A DNA stretch of 64,000 bases from Planctomycetota bacterium (GTDB taxonomy: Bacteria; Planctomycetota; UBA1135; UBA2386): positions 6,624,001 to 6,688,000 of the forward strand of contig OZ245006.1 of the NCBI GenBank assembly GCA_965223545.1. The letters run 5' to 3'. The translations under genes were made by a program, and so were the position numbers. Positions 9,778-18,290 of the stretch are shown one piece after another (positions within the stretch are counted from its first letter, which is position 1; each line of letters opens with the position of its first letter). The notes beneath the pieces were generated by a model. It saw only the letters and a list, made by a program, of their open reading frames with translations, searched no databases and was not told where the DNA came from.

Positions 9778-10297
9778 CCGCGTCACCGGGTGTGCCGCAG
9801 CCACTCAGTCGTGCGGTCCAGGCGCTCGCGTTGTGTCCCACCCCAGGCTCGTGCTGGATCAGGTCCTCGGCGACGAAGTCTGCGATGCGGTCCAGAGCCC
9901 GGCCCACGAGTACCTCGGCGGCGAACTCGGCGACGACGGCCTTGTTTCGGTCCGTGCTCTCCAGATCGAGGGTCTGGGTTGGCCCGTCCGCCTGCGATGC
10001 GTCCTCCCACGGAGCGATGACGTCCCAGTGTTCGACGATGAGGTCGTTCTCGTCGGTGTCGAACAAGTCGGTGGTCAGCCACCGCGCTTGACCCTGATTC
10101 AGGATTTGGCCGACGTGGCAGAACACGTACCGGCCATCCTCGATGGCGCGGATGACTCGAATGTCCCGGTGGGGGGTGCGCTGCACGAACGGCTCGAAGA
10201 ACGCGACGAAGCCTTCGACGCCATCGGCGACTCCGGTCGAGTGCTGCGTGTAGCGGGCACCGGTGTACTTCGTGACGGCCTCGCGAACGTTGCCGTC

Positions 10298-11543
10298 AAA
10301 ACTGCAGCCCTTCCGTGGGCCTGGCTAGCTGAGAGACGCTGACCGAGACGTAACCGGAGCCCTCTTCCGAGTCACTGGAAGTGACGCAGGGCCAACTGCG
10401 CAACGGTGCCCTTTTGGTCCCCCCCGCGTTGTGTCTCGGAGGTCGCCGATGTTCGTTCCCCCGCGTTGCCCCAACTCAGCTTGCCCGCACAACCGCAGCC
10501 CGCGGCCCGGCTTCTTCGTACGCCGTGGCTACTACTACCCCAAGTGCCGCGCCCAAGGCGTGCCGCGCTTTCGCTGCCGCCATTGCCGGCAGGGCTTCTC
10601 GCGGCAGACGTTCCGCATGGATTACCGCGACCACAAGCCCGACCGCAACGCCTGGATCGTCATGTTGCTCTGCTCTGGCCTGGGCCTGCGACAGACCGCA
10701 CGCCTCACCGGGCTCACGGCGCGCAACACCGAGATGAAGTTCCGCAAGATCGGTCGCCACGTCCGCCGCCTGAACAACAACTTACGGGGTGACCTGCCGG
10801 TCGGCTCGAGCTTGCAGTTCGACGAACTCGAGAGCTACGAGGGCCGCCGCAACACGCGGCCCCTGACGCTGCCTGTCTTGATCGAGCGCGGGAGCCGCTT
10901 CATCCTCGCAGCGCGGTCGGCCCCGATCCGCCCCGGTGGCCCCAAACCGGCTGCGCGCCGGCGAGCGATAGAGGCCGACGCGCGGCGGTTTGGCCGGCGG
11001 CCGTCGCGGTCGCGCGCGGCAACGCGCAATGCGCTGTGCCGGGGCGCGCGCGCTTGCACTCGGTTGACCACCGTGTTGCTCGAAACGGACGAGAAAACGA
11101 CCTACTCAGGACTCGCGAGGGGCATTTTCGGCGCGCGGCTCGAGCACCGGCGAACACCAAGCACGCTGCCGCGCGAGACCTGGAATCCGCTGTTCGCGAT
11201 CAACCATACCGAGGCAATGGCGCGCGACCTCAACGGTCGTCTGCGGCGCGAGTCCTGGCTGGTCAGCAAGAAGCGCTGTTTCCTCAACCTGCAGCTGCAC
11301 ATCTACACCGCGTACCGCAACTTCACGCGACCGCGCTTCAACTTCGACCGAGACACGCCGGCGATGCTGGTTGGCTGGCTGCCCCAGAAGTTGCGGCTGA
11401 ACCAGGTGCTATCCTGGCGCCAGGACTGGGGCACGCGCAGCGGCCATCCGCTGGATCGAAACGCAAAACCGATCGAGAACTTCCTGAAGAGCTCTGCCTG
11501 ACTTTCTTGCGGCCGTGCCGGACCACGGAAGGGCTGCAGTTCG
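10298..11543 (+). mobile_element. Insertion sequence, IS1-family-like, 1246 bp
   Basis: Terminal IRs AAAACTGCAGCCCTTCCGTGG / CGAACTGCAGCCCTTCCGTGG (19/21); direct repeat GTTGCCGTC at 10289-10297 and 11544-11552; internal transposase. Confidence 0.93.
10449..11501 (+). CDS. Transposase (zinc ribbon + HTH + DDE-like core in one ORF)
   Basis: CPNSAC...RFRCRHC zinc ribbon, GLGLRQTARLTGL HTH, QFDELE and TDEK acidic motifs, RDLNGRLRRESWLVSKK resembling the IS1 InsB C-terminal signature. Confidence 0.88.
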   Translation: MFVPPRCPNSACPHNRSPRPGFFVRRGYYYPKCRAQGVPRFRCRHCRQGFSRQTFRMDYRDHKPDRNAWIVMLLCSGLGLRQTARLTGLTARNTEMKFRKIGRHVRRLNNNLRGDLPVGSSLQFDELESYEGRRNTRPLTLPVLIERGSRFILAARSAPIRPGGPKPAARRRAIEADARRFGRRPSRSRAATRNALCRGARACTRLTTVLLETDEKTTYSGLARGIFGARLEHRRTPSTLPRETWNPLFAINHTEAMARDLNGRLRRESWLVSKKRCFLNLQLHIYTAYRNFTRPRFNFDRDTPAMLVGWLPQKLRLNQVLSWRQDWGTRSGHPLDRNAKPIENFLKSSA

Positions 11544-11686
11544 GTTGCCGTCGCGGATTCCCGACATGTAGAGAGCAATCGCGTGATCGAGCTTGCGGGT
11601 CACAGCGTTCTCCAACGGGCTTCGGGTGAGGGGAGGCGGTGGGCGAGATCCGCGCTGGATTCGCAATAGACAGGGAGCCCGAAGTG

Positions 11687-11701
11687 CGTGCATAATACAC
11701 G
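11687..11701. promoter_or_regulatory. Putative MarR operator overlapping a -10-like CATAAT
   Basis: Imperfect palindrome CGTGCAT-A-ATACACG between the divergent SnoaL and MarR genes. Confidence 0.55.
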
Positions 11702-11729
11702 GAGTTGGCTCCCGTGACCCAGGCGGCGT

Positions 11730-12179
11730 ATGACGGTGCGGATCGACCCGAGAGCATCACCGGGATTTCTTGTGGGGCGCGTCGCCCACGAGCTGAAGCT
11801 CAAGGTTCAGGCATTCCTCGATGCCGATGGCATTGCGCAGTCGGCCGAAGAGATCAGTATCCTGACCGTGCTGGCGCACTTGCAGCGACCGCATCGGATG
11901 AGGCCGCTTGGGCGTCTGCTCGGCAGAGATCCGACCACCGTCAGTCGTCAAGTGGCGAGCCTCGAGCGAGCGGGTCTGGTCCGGCGCTCGTCGTCCCCTG
12001 GCGATCGTCGAGCCGTCCAGGTTGACTTGACGCGCCGTGGTGCACTGTTGGTCGAGCGCACGATGCCCCGGACTCTGGCGCTCCGACGCCAGGCCTTACA
12101 GGGCCTCGCGAACGAGGACCGCGAGACACTCGTCAGATCCCTGCAACGCATGTTGCACAACCTTCGCGCGCAGGAGTGA
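11730..12179 (+). CDS. MarR family transcriptional regulator
   Basis: DPTTVSRQVASLERAGLVRR...DRRAVQVDLTRRG winged-helix signature. Confidence 0.92.
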   Translation: MTVRIDPRASPGFLVGRVAHELKLKVQAFLDADGIAQSAEEISILTVLAHLQRPHRMRPLGRLLGRDPTTVSRQVASLERAGLVRRSSSPGDRRAVQVDLTRRGALLVERTMPRTLALRRQALQGLANEDRETLVRSLQRMLHNLRAQE

Positions 12180-12508
12180 CTCGAGTGTCAACGCTGAAGA
12201 TCTTCGTCGCGGTAGCCTTCTTCGCAGCGGGTGGAGCCAAGCTGGCGACCGCGAAGCCGCTCCTCGACCAATTCCGCGAGTTCGGCCTTCCGCGTGTGGC
12301 GATGTATGTGGTCGGTGCGCTGGAGATCGCCGGCGCCATCGGCTTGTTCGTCGAGGGGGTCGCTCCGTGGGCAGCGCTTGGGCTGACGGCTTTGATGGTG
12401 GGAGCCGTTGCCAACCATCTCAAGGCGAAGCACGCGTTCGGCAAGTGCGCGCCTTCGGCCGTGCTCGCGGTGCTGACGGCTGTCCTGGTTCTGATGCTCT
12501 GGGAGTGA
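12176..12508 (+). CDS. DoxX-like membrane protein
   Basis: AGGAKL, VGALEIAGAIGL, MVGAVANH; four hydrophobic segments. Confidence 0.85.
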   Translation: MTRVSTLKIFVAVAFFAAGGAKLATAKPLLDQFREFGLPRVAMYVVGALEIAGAIGLFVEGVAPWAALGLTALMVGAVANHLKAKHAFGKCAPSAVLAVLTAVLVLMLWE

Positions 12509-12566
12509 CCGCCGAGCGTACCCGTCGGGGAGCGCGAGAGCGGCAGGCTGCGTCGGCGCACATGGC

Positions 12567-13055
12567 CTATCCACGAGCCAGCAAGCGCAGGCGGCGCAAG
12601 TGCTCGGCCCAGGTCTCGCCGAGGCTCCGCAGGAAGGGCGTGACGTCGGCGCCGTGGCGCACCGGATGGTCGGGGCGCAAGCTGGCCCAGCCGCGGTGCT
12701 CGACGGTGACCTTGGTCGCCTCGGCAGCTGCATCGGTCGGGTGGAAGGTGACGTCGACCACCGTTTCCTCGTCTTCGGCGAAGTTCGGTCCCCGCCAGCT
12801 GAAGGTCAGTCGCTCACCCGGCACCCACACGCGGATCGTGCCGACCACGTAGAGCTCGGGCGTCTGGCCGTCGGCGTAGGCCTCGACGAGTCGGCCGCCC
12901 ACGCCTGGCTCGAACCGCAGCCGTCCATCGCGGCCGGGGCTGAACTGGTAGGCAGGGCCGCGCTTCCACCACAGTCCGATCTCTTGGGTGAACAGATCGA
13001 ACGCGGCCGGCGGCGCGAGGGGTACGGTGGTCGAAACGCGCGCGAAGTCGCTCAC
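12567..13055 (-). CDS. SRPBCC/AHA1-like domain protein
   Basis: AFDLFTQEIGLWW, FEPGVGGRL, WVPGERLTFSW, TKVTVEHRGW; GTGA overlap with the ArsR stop. Confidence 0.88.
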   Translation of the reverse strand: MSDFARVSTTVPLAPPAAFDLFTQEIGLWWKRGPAYQFSPGRDGRLRFEPGVGGRLVEAYADGQTPELYVVGTIRVWVPGERLTFSWRGPNFAEDEETVVDVTFHPTDAAAEATKVTVEHRGWASLRPDHPVRHGADVTPFLRSLGETWAEHLRRLRLLARG

Positions 13056-13402
13056 TTTCGTTGCCGGCGTGCATGCGCCGCGAATGCGTTCAGCTGGTCG
13101 CTCCAGAACGCTTCGACTTGGTCGAGCCAGGCGCGCAGGGCGACGAATGGTTCGCGTCGTAACCGGAACACGCGCACGCGGGCGTCGTCCGCGATGCGGT
13201 CGGCGGAGGCGACTCCAGCTGCGCACAGCACCTTGAGGTGGCGGCTGATCGCGGCCGGCGGCTTGCCGAGCAGGTCTGCCAGCTCGCCGGCGCGGAGGGG
13301 GCGCCGGCGAAGGTGTTGGATCAGTGCCCGGCGCGTCGGATCGCCCAACACGGTGAACAGGTCGTGGACTTGGTCCCGGTCTCGCGAGCGCAGTCGCGTC
13401 AT
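13052..13402 (-). CDS. ArsR/SmtB family regulator
   Basis: FTVLGDPTRRALI, AGELA, ISRHLKVL, WLDQVEAFW. Confidence 0.9.
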   Translation of the reverse strand: MTRLRSRDRDQVHDLFTVLGDPTRRALIQHLRRRPLRAGELADLLGKPPAAISRHLKVLCAAGVASADRIADDARVRVFRLRREPFVALRAWLDQVEAFWSDQLNAFAAHARRQRK

Positions 13403-13836
13403 GTGCTGCGGTGCTCGGCGGCGCGGCGGCGCATCTCTTCGGGGTCTACGTCTTCGATGTGGGTGGCGACCCACCAGAAGTTGCCTTGTCGATCGCTTAC
13501 CCCAGCGCTGCGGTCGCCGTAGAACTGGTCGGTAGGCGGGTAGATGGTCTGTGCGCCCTGCGCCAGCGCGCGTTCGTAGACCGCGTCGACGTCTTCGACG
13601 TACACGTACAGCGAGCTGGGGATCGGCTTCCACTGATCGCGGGCCTGGCCCAGCATCACCACCGAGTCGCCGATGCGGATCTCGGCGTGCGCGATCTCGC
13701 CACCCGGGAGCTCGATCAGCTCGTGCTCCACCGCGCCGAAGACGTCGCGGGTGAAGGCGATGGTGGCCCGGATGTCGGGGACGATCACGTACGGCGTGAC
13801 GGTGTTGTAGCCGTCGGGGATGGGGGAGACGGTCAT
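13399..13836 (-). CDS. VOC/glyoxalase (PhnB-like) protein
   Basis: IPDGYNTVTPY, HAEIRIGDSVVML, DQFYGDRSAGVSDRQGNFWWVATH. Confidence 0.92.
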   Translation of the reverse strand: MTVSPIPDGYNTVTPYVIVPDIRATIAFTRDVFGAVEHELIELPGGEIAHAEIRIGDSVVMLGQARDQWKPIPSSLYVYVEDVDAVYERALAQGAQTIYPPTDQFYGDRSAGVSDRQGNFWWVATHIEDVDPEEMRRRAAEHRST

Positions 13837-13856
13837 GGGAGCGGAGGGTAAACTAA

Positions 13857-13872
13857 TTGACAATATTGTCAA
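13857..13872. promoter_or_regulatory. Perfect 16-bp palindrome TTGACAATATTGTCAA, probable ArsR operator
   Basis: AT-rich palindrome 20 nt upstream of the VOC-ArsR-SRPBCC operon. Confidence 0.7.
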
Positions 13873-13945
13873 ATATTGATGCGGAAAGAAAATTGAGCGG
13901 ATCAGTCCGTGGTTGGCGTCGCCGGCGCCGTTTAGGCTGCGCGGC

Positions 13946-15325
13946 ATGCATGCGTCGGCGCTGGCACCCCTGCTGTGGGTGGTGGTCTCGGTCTCGTTGT
14001 GCGGCGCCGCGCCGTGCGCCCAGCATCCGCGGGTGTTGTTCCTGACGCACTCGGCGGGATTCGAGCACGCCGTGGTCAAGCGCGTGCAGAAGGGCCGCGC
14101 CGCGGTGGCCGAGAAGGCGTTGAGCGACGCAGCCCGCGGCCAATTCGAGGTGGTCGCGAGCCAGGACTGCGGTGTGATCAACGCCCGGGATCTCGCGACC
14201 TTCGACGCGGTGGTGTTCTACACCACCGGCGAGCTGCCGATCGACGAGGTGGGTCGGGCGGCCCTGCTCGACTACGTGCGTGGCGGGGGCGCGTTCGTCG
14301 GTGTGCACTCCGCGACCGACACGTTCTACCAGTGGCCGGAGTACGGTGCGCTGCTGGGTGCCTACTTCGACGGCCACCCGTGGAACCAGGCGGTCGCCGT
14401 GCAGGTCGAGCACCCGCGCCATCCCGCCACCGCGCACTTGGGCGCGACCTGGCGGGTCGCCGACGAGATCTACCAGTTCAAGCAGTGGACCCGCGCCGAC
14501 CACACGGTCTTGCTCAGCCTCGCGCCGGAGGGGGCGGACTTGTCGCGGGGCAAGCGCGCCGACCGCGACTACCCGCTGGCGTGGTGTCACGACGTCGGCG
14601 AGGGGCGTGTGTTCTACACCGCGCTCGGCCACCGTCTCGCGCTGTGGGGGGACCGCGTGTTCTTGCATCACTTGCTCGGCGGCATTCGCTGGGCGATTGG
14701 CGACGAACGCGTGTTGGGCCGGGCTCCAGAGGGAGCCACCGTGCTGCTCGGTGCCGCGCTCCAGCCGAACGCCTGGCAACATCCCGACGGCGAGCCAGTG
14801 CGCTGGCGAGCCGTCGGAGACGGTGACGACCGCGGCCTCGAGGTCGTGCCGAAGGCCGGCAGCATCGTCACCAGGCAGGCCTTTGGCGACTTCCGGCTGC
14901 ACGTCGAGTTCCGCGTGCCGCGAGAATCCGCGGCGGACCGCGGCCAGGCCCGCGGCAACAGCGGCGTCTACCTGCAGCGCCGCTACGAGGTGCAGATCCT
15001 CGACTCGCACGGCCAAGAGCCGCGGGCCGATGGCTGCGGCGCGCTCTACCGCCAACGCGCGCCGGCGCGCAATGCGAGCCGCCCGCCCGAGGAGTGGCAG
15101 AGCTACGACATTTGGTTTTCGGCCGCGCGCTTCGACGAGGCCGGCGAGAAGCTGGAGGACGCGCGCATCACCGTGCTGCACAACGGTTGGCTGATCCACG
15201 ACGACGTTGCGCTACCCGACAAAACCGGCGCTGGCCGGTCGGAGGGCCCTGAGCCCGGCCCGATCCTCCTGCAGGACCACGGCGACCCGGTGCGGTTCCG
15301 CAACGTGTGGATCGAGCCGATGTAG
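13946..15325 (+). CDS. Secreted ThuA-like + DUF1080 (3-keto-disaccharide hydrolase-like) fusion
   Basis: THSAGFEH, GVHSATDT, GRVFYTALGH (ThuA); FGDFRLHVEF, GNSGVY, YEVQILD, LQDHGDPVRFRNVWI (DUF1080). Confidence 0.9.
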   Translation: MHASALAPLLWVVVSVSLCGAAPCAQHPRVLFLTHSAGFEHAVVKRVQKGRAAVAEKALSDAARGQFEVVASQDCGVINARDLATFDAVVFYTTGELPIDEVGRAALLDYVRGGGAFVGVHSATDTFYQWPEYGALLGAYFDGHPWNQAVAVQVEHPRHPATAHLGATWRVADEIYQFKQWTRADHTVLLSLAPEGADLSRGKRADRDYPLAWCHDVGEGRVFYTALGHRLALWGDRVFLHHLLGGIRWAIGDERVLGRAPEGATVLLGAALQPNAWQHPDGEPVRWRAVGDGDDRGLEVVPKAGSIVTRQAFGDFRLHVEFRVPRESAADRGQARGNSGVYLQRRYEVQILDSHGQEPRADGCGALYRQRAPARNASRPPEEWQSYDIWFSAARFDEAGEKLEDARITVLHNGWLIHDDVALPDKTGAGRSEGPEPGPILLQDHGDPVRFRNVWIEPM

Positions 15326-15343
15326 GCGAGCGGCGCCGTCGTT

Positions 15344-16846
15344 TCAGCGCCCGGCCTGGGCGGGCGCGCGCAGCTCGAGGCAATGCAGCTCCTCCTGCGA
15401 GCGCATCAGCAAGAGGCCGCCGGCCAACGCCATCGGCGCCCACATCCGGTAGTCACGGCGCAGGTTCTCGGTGCCGAACACGTTGGCCTCCGCCAGCTGG
15501 TGGTAGCGCTCGGGGTCGGGCGCGACCGAGCGGAGCACCCCGCTGTGGCCGTCCTGGATGTAGAGCACACCGCCGGCCGCCAGCGCATTGCCGCGGCCGA
15601 AGAACGGTTCCGCCCCCGTGCGCCACCGCTCGTTGCCGGCGAGGTCCAGGCACAACAGCCCGCCCTCGCCGTGTCGCGAGCGGTGGGTGTTGAAGTTCTC
15701 GTTGACCAGCACGTAGAGGTGGTCGTCGAGCAGGATCGGCGGGTGGATGTGCGAGCCGCGCGAGTTGCGGAACAGCTCGCGCACCGCGAACGCGTCGTCC
15801 TCGCCGCGCGTCACCTCGATCATCAGTGAGCCCGAGCGGTAGCCGCCGGTGAGGAACACGCGGGTCTCGTCGATCTGCAGCGGCGGGCAGACCGGCTGCC
15901 AGCAGAAGTACAGATCCGTGCTCCACAGCGGCGCGCCGCTGCGCACGTCGAAGCTCGCGACCGAGCCGACGCCGTCCTTGAAGCGGCTGCTGGTGAGGCC
16001 TCCGCCCGACGAGCGGCCGCTGCGTGCGCCCTCCTCGCGCGCGCGCTCCCAGCGGCGCCGGCGCTCGGCGAGCTCTTCCGCGGTCGGTGCGCTCCGGTTC
16101 TCGCCACCGCGGGAGAACATGTTCGGCCCGCCCACCGGAACACCCTTGGCCGACAAGAACACGATCTGCGCCGTGCCACCGAGGTCCATGAGCGTCGGCG
16201 TCGAGTGCGAGGTGCCGAGGTCGCCGGTGCGCCACACCTCCTCGCCGGTGTGCCGGTTCAGGGCGACCAAGCCCGCATCCTTCGCCATCGGTGTGACGAT
16301 CAGCAGGTCCTCGAACAGCACGGGTGACGCGACGAAGCCGTAGCCCGGGGTGACGCCGTCGAAGTCGTCGACCAAGTGCACGCTCCACACCGCTTCGCGG
16401 CTCTCGCGGTCGATGCAGTGCACGTGCCCGAACGCCCCGGTGACGTAGACGTGCCCTTCCGTGACCGCGGGCACGGAGCGCGAGCCCATGTAATCGAAGC
16501 GGCCGGGTGCCTCGTGCCGCCATCGCCAGAGCTCTGCTCCGCTCTCCAGGTCGAGCACGCGCAGCAGGTCGGCCTCCGCCTGGATGCGGTCGAACACGAA
16601 CACCTCGCCGTCGCGCACCGCGGCGCCGCCGTAGCCGGGCCCGAGCTCCGCCGTCCACAGGGTGGCGGGGCCGGCGTCGGGCCATCGCGCGGCGAGGCCG
16701 GTCTCGGTCGAAGTGCTGTTTCCGGCGGGACCGAGGTAGCACGGCCAGTCCGCCGCCGCGTCCTGGGCCAGGCCGGATGCGGCGCCGAGACCGCCGAAGA
16801 GGAACGCCGCGGCCAGCGGCCGCAGGGGGGCGGTCGGAGCGTGCAT
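15344..16846 (-). CDS. Secreted PQQ-binding-like beta-propeller protein
   Basis: DWPCYLGPAGNS, WPDAGPATLW, repeated G..W propeller blades, WAPMALAGGLLLMRSQEELHCLEL. Confidence 0.88.
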   Translation of the reverse strand: MHAPTAPLRPLAAAFLFGGLGAASGLAQDAAADWPCYLGPAGNSTSTETGLAARWPDAGPATLWTAELGPGYGGAAVRDGEVFVFDRIQAEADLLRVLDLESGAELWRWRHEAPGRFDYMGSRSVPAVTEGHVYVTGAFGHVHCIDRESREAVWSVHLVDDFDGVTPGYGFVASPVLFEDLLIVTPMAKDAGLVALNRHTGEEVWRTGDLGTSHSTPTLMDLGGTAQIVFLSAKGVPVGGPNMFSRGGENRSAPTAEELAERRRRWERAREEGARSGRSSGGGLTSSRFKDGVGSVASFDVRSGAPLWSTDLYFCWQPVCPPLQIDETRVFLTGGYRSGSLMIEVTRGEDDAFAVRELFRNSRGSHIHPPILLDDHLYVLVNENFNTHRSRHGEGGLLCLDLAGNERWRTGAEPFFGRGNALAAGGVLYIQDGHSGVLRSVAPDPERYHQLAEANVFGTENLRRDYRMWAPMALAGGLLLMRSQEELHCLELRAPAQAGR

Positions 16847-16887
16847 GGGCTTGGAGCTTACGCCCGAAGCGTCTCCCGTGCCGCGCC

Positions 16888-17463
16888 TCAGATCCCTTTG
16901 AACTCCTCGAAGCTCTGTCCGCTGGCCATGAACACCAGCGATGCAGCCAGCAGCCCCAACCCCACGACTGCGGCCAGCCCGACCAAGCCCCAGCCGAGCC
17001 ACGCTCGACGGTGGCTTTGGTATGCGATGTTGATCAGTCCCTGGATCGCCAGCGGCCAGTTGTAGGGGCCGAGTGCGAGCACCGTGAGAACGGTCCACCC
17101 GTTGAGGGCTGCCGCCGTGCGTCGGGACTGCGGCGAGCACGACGACGCGCGCAGGGTGTGGGAGACGAGCCACCACGAGGGAGCTGCCAGCGCGATTCCG
17201 ATGCCGTAGAGCGCGAGTAGAGAGCCATCTCGCAGAGTGCCCAGAGCCAGCTTCGTGGTGACCGCAAGCAAGTGACCGAAGGCCATGGTGCCGATGGTGA
17301 CGCCGTAGAACAGGTTCATGGCGGCGAGCAATCGCTGCCGGAGCGGGACCCCGGAGCGCTGGCGGTACCACAGAGAAAGCGCCGCCGCGACCAGGGCGGC
17401 GCCGAGGGATACCGGCATCCACCGGCTCTCGTCGACAATCCACTGCAGCACTCGATCGATCAC
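16888..17463 (-). CDS. Hypothetical multi-pass membrane protein
   Basis: Several hydrophobic helices; GTGA overlap with the TetR stop. Confidence 0.7.
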   Translation of the reverse strand: MIDRVLQWIVDESRWMPVSLGAALVAAALSLWYRQRSGVPLRQRLLAAMNLFYGVTIGTMAFGHLLAVTTKLALGTLRDGSLLALYGIGIALAAPSWWLVSHTLRASSCSPQSRRTAAALNGWTVLTVLALGPYNWPLAIQGLINIAYQSHRRAWLGWGLVGLAAVVGLGLLAASLVFMASGQSFEEFKGI

Positions 17464-18128
17464 GTTGGCCTCCGGGAATCAGGGTCCATGGTTGGCAAGG
17501 CTGCGTCCGCGCCGCCGGAGTGCGAGACTTCGAGCAGCGAGCGCTTCGTCAAGCGGATCAGGTGCGCCGTCGCTCCGGCTGCGCTGTGGTCCAGCAACAG
17601 CTGATCGAAGGTCACGAAGCCGGTCACGAGGTGCAGAGTCGTGGCGGCCTCGCGAGCGCTGACCGCCGGCGGCACCACGCCGGCGCGTTTGGCGCGGCGC
17701 GCCAAGCGCGTCAGCCGACCGCGCCGGTCCGCTTCGTAGCCGGCGACGAGCTCGCCGACCTCCTGGTCCAGCTGTGCCAAGGCCAGGGTCCGACGGATCG
17801 CGCCCGGCATCACTGCCCAAGCGCGGCAGCTCTCGCGGACGACCGCGAGGACCGCTGCCGCCGGGTCGGGCAAGTCCAGCGCCCGCAGCACCGAGTCGAA
17901 GCCGATGCGGCGTCCCTGGTCGACGAACACGCTCGACAACAGCTCCCGGCGCGAGCCCAGGGCGTTGTAGATCGTGGCGCGGCTGACGCCGGCTTCGGCC
18001 GCGACCTCCTGCACGGTCAGGCGGCCGCCGTCCGGGCGGTCGAGCAGGTCGTGGGCGGCCTGCACGATCCGCGTGCGCGTCGCCGCGGCGGACTGCTGCC
18101 GCGCCCGCATGACGTAGCTGCGAGCCAT
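17460..18128 (-). CDS. TetR/AcrR family regulator
   Basis: ATRTRIVQAAHDLL...LTVQEVAAEAGVSRATIYNALGSRRELL HTH. Confidence 0.92.
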   Translation of the reverse strand: MARSYVMRARQQSAAATRTRIVQAAHDLLDRPDGGRLTVQEVAAEAGVSRATIYNALGSRRELLSSVFVDQGRRIGFDSVLRALDLPDPAAAVLAVVRESCRAWAVMPGAIRRTLALAQLDQEVGELVAGYEADRRGRLTRLARRAKRAGVVPPAVSAREAATTLHLVTGFVTFDQLLLDHSAAGATAHLIRLTKRSLLEVSHSGGADAALPTMDPDSRRPT

Positions 18129-18135
18129 CGGCGTC

Positions 18136-18164
18136 AGTATCATATTGGATGGACATGGTGTCAA
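18136..18164 (-). promoter_or_regulatory. Sigma70-type promoter of the TetR gene, probably leaderless
   Basis: TTGACA-N17-GATACT ending 7 nt before the ATG; GACA-TGG-TGTC dyad overlapping the spacer and -35. Confidence 0.6.
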
Positions 18165-18290
18165 GTCAATGGCGAGGGAACCCAGCTCGCTGCCCGAGCG
18201 CCAAGAAACGTGCTCCGCGCCGCGGGAATCCGTACGCGGATCCGCGAGCGAGCTGCGTTCCGGTCGGTAGGCCCAGCAGGAGTCGATGCC

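Larger units (their letters stand above)
9395..11603 (-). pseudogene. Tandem SnoaL/NTF2-like (polyketide cyclase-like) gene, disrupted by an IS and carrying an in-frame 195-bp repeat
   Basis: Removing 10298-11543 plus one TSD joins VTRKLDHAIALYMSGIRDGN to VREAVTKYTGARYTQHSTGVADGVEGFVAFF...IVEHWDVI; second domain ends FDIFRLEDERIVERW. GGAG RBS before GTG 11603. Confidence 0.88.

Noticed and set aside
9579..11543. The 195-bp repeat as a MITE of the neighbouring IS
   Set aside because: No similarity between repeat ends and the IS IRs, and the flanking duplications differ (4-nt TGAG versus 9-bp).
17520..18290. 5' half of the 622-aa ORF
   Set aside because: Antisense to TetR; the real gene starts at ATG 18291 with RBS and signal peptide.
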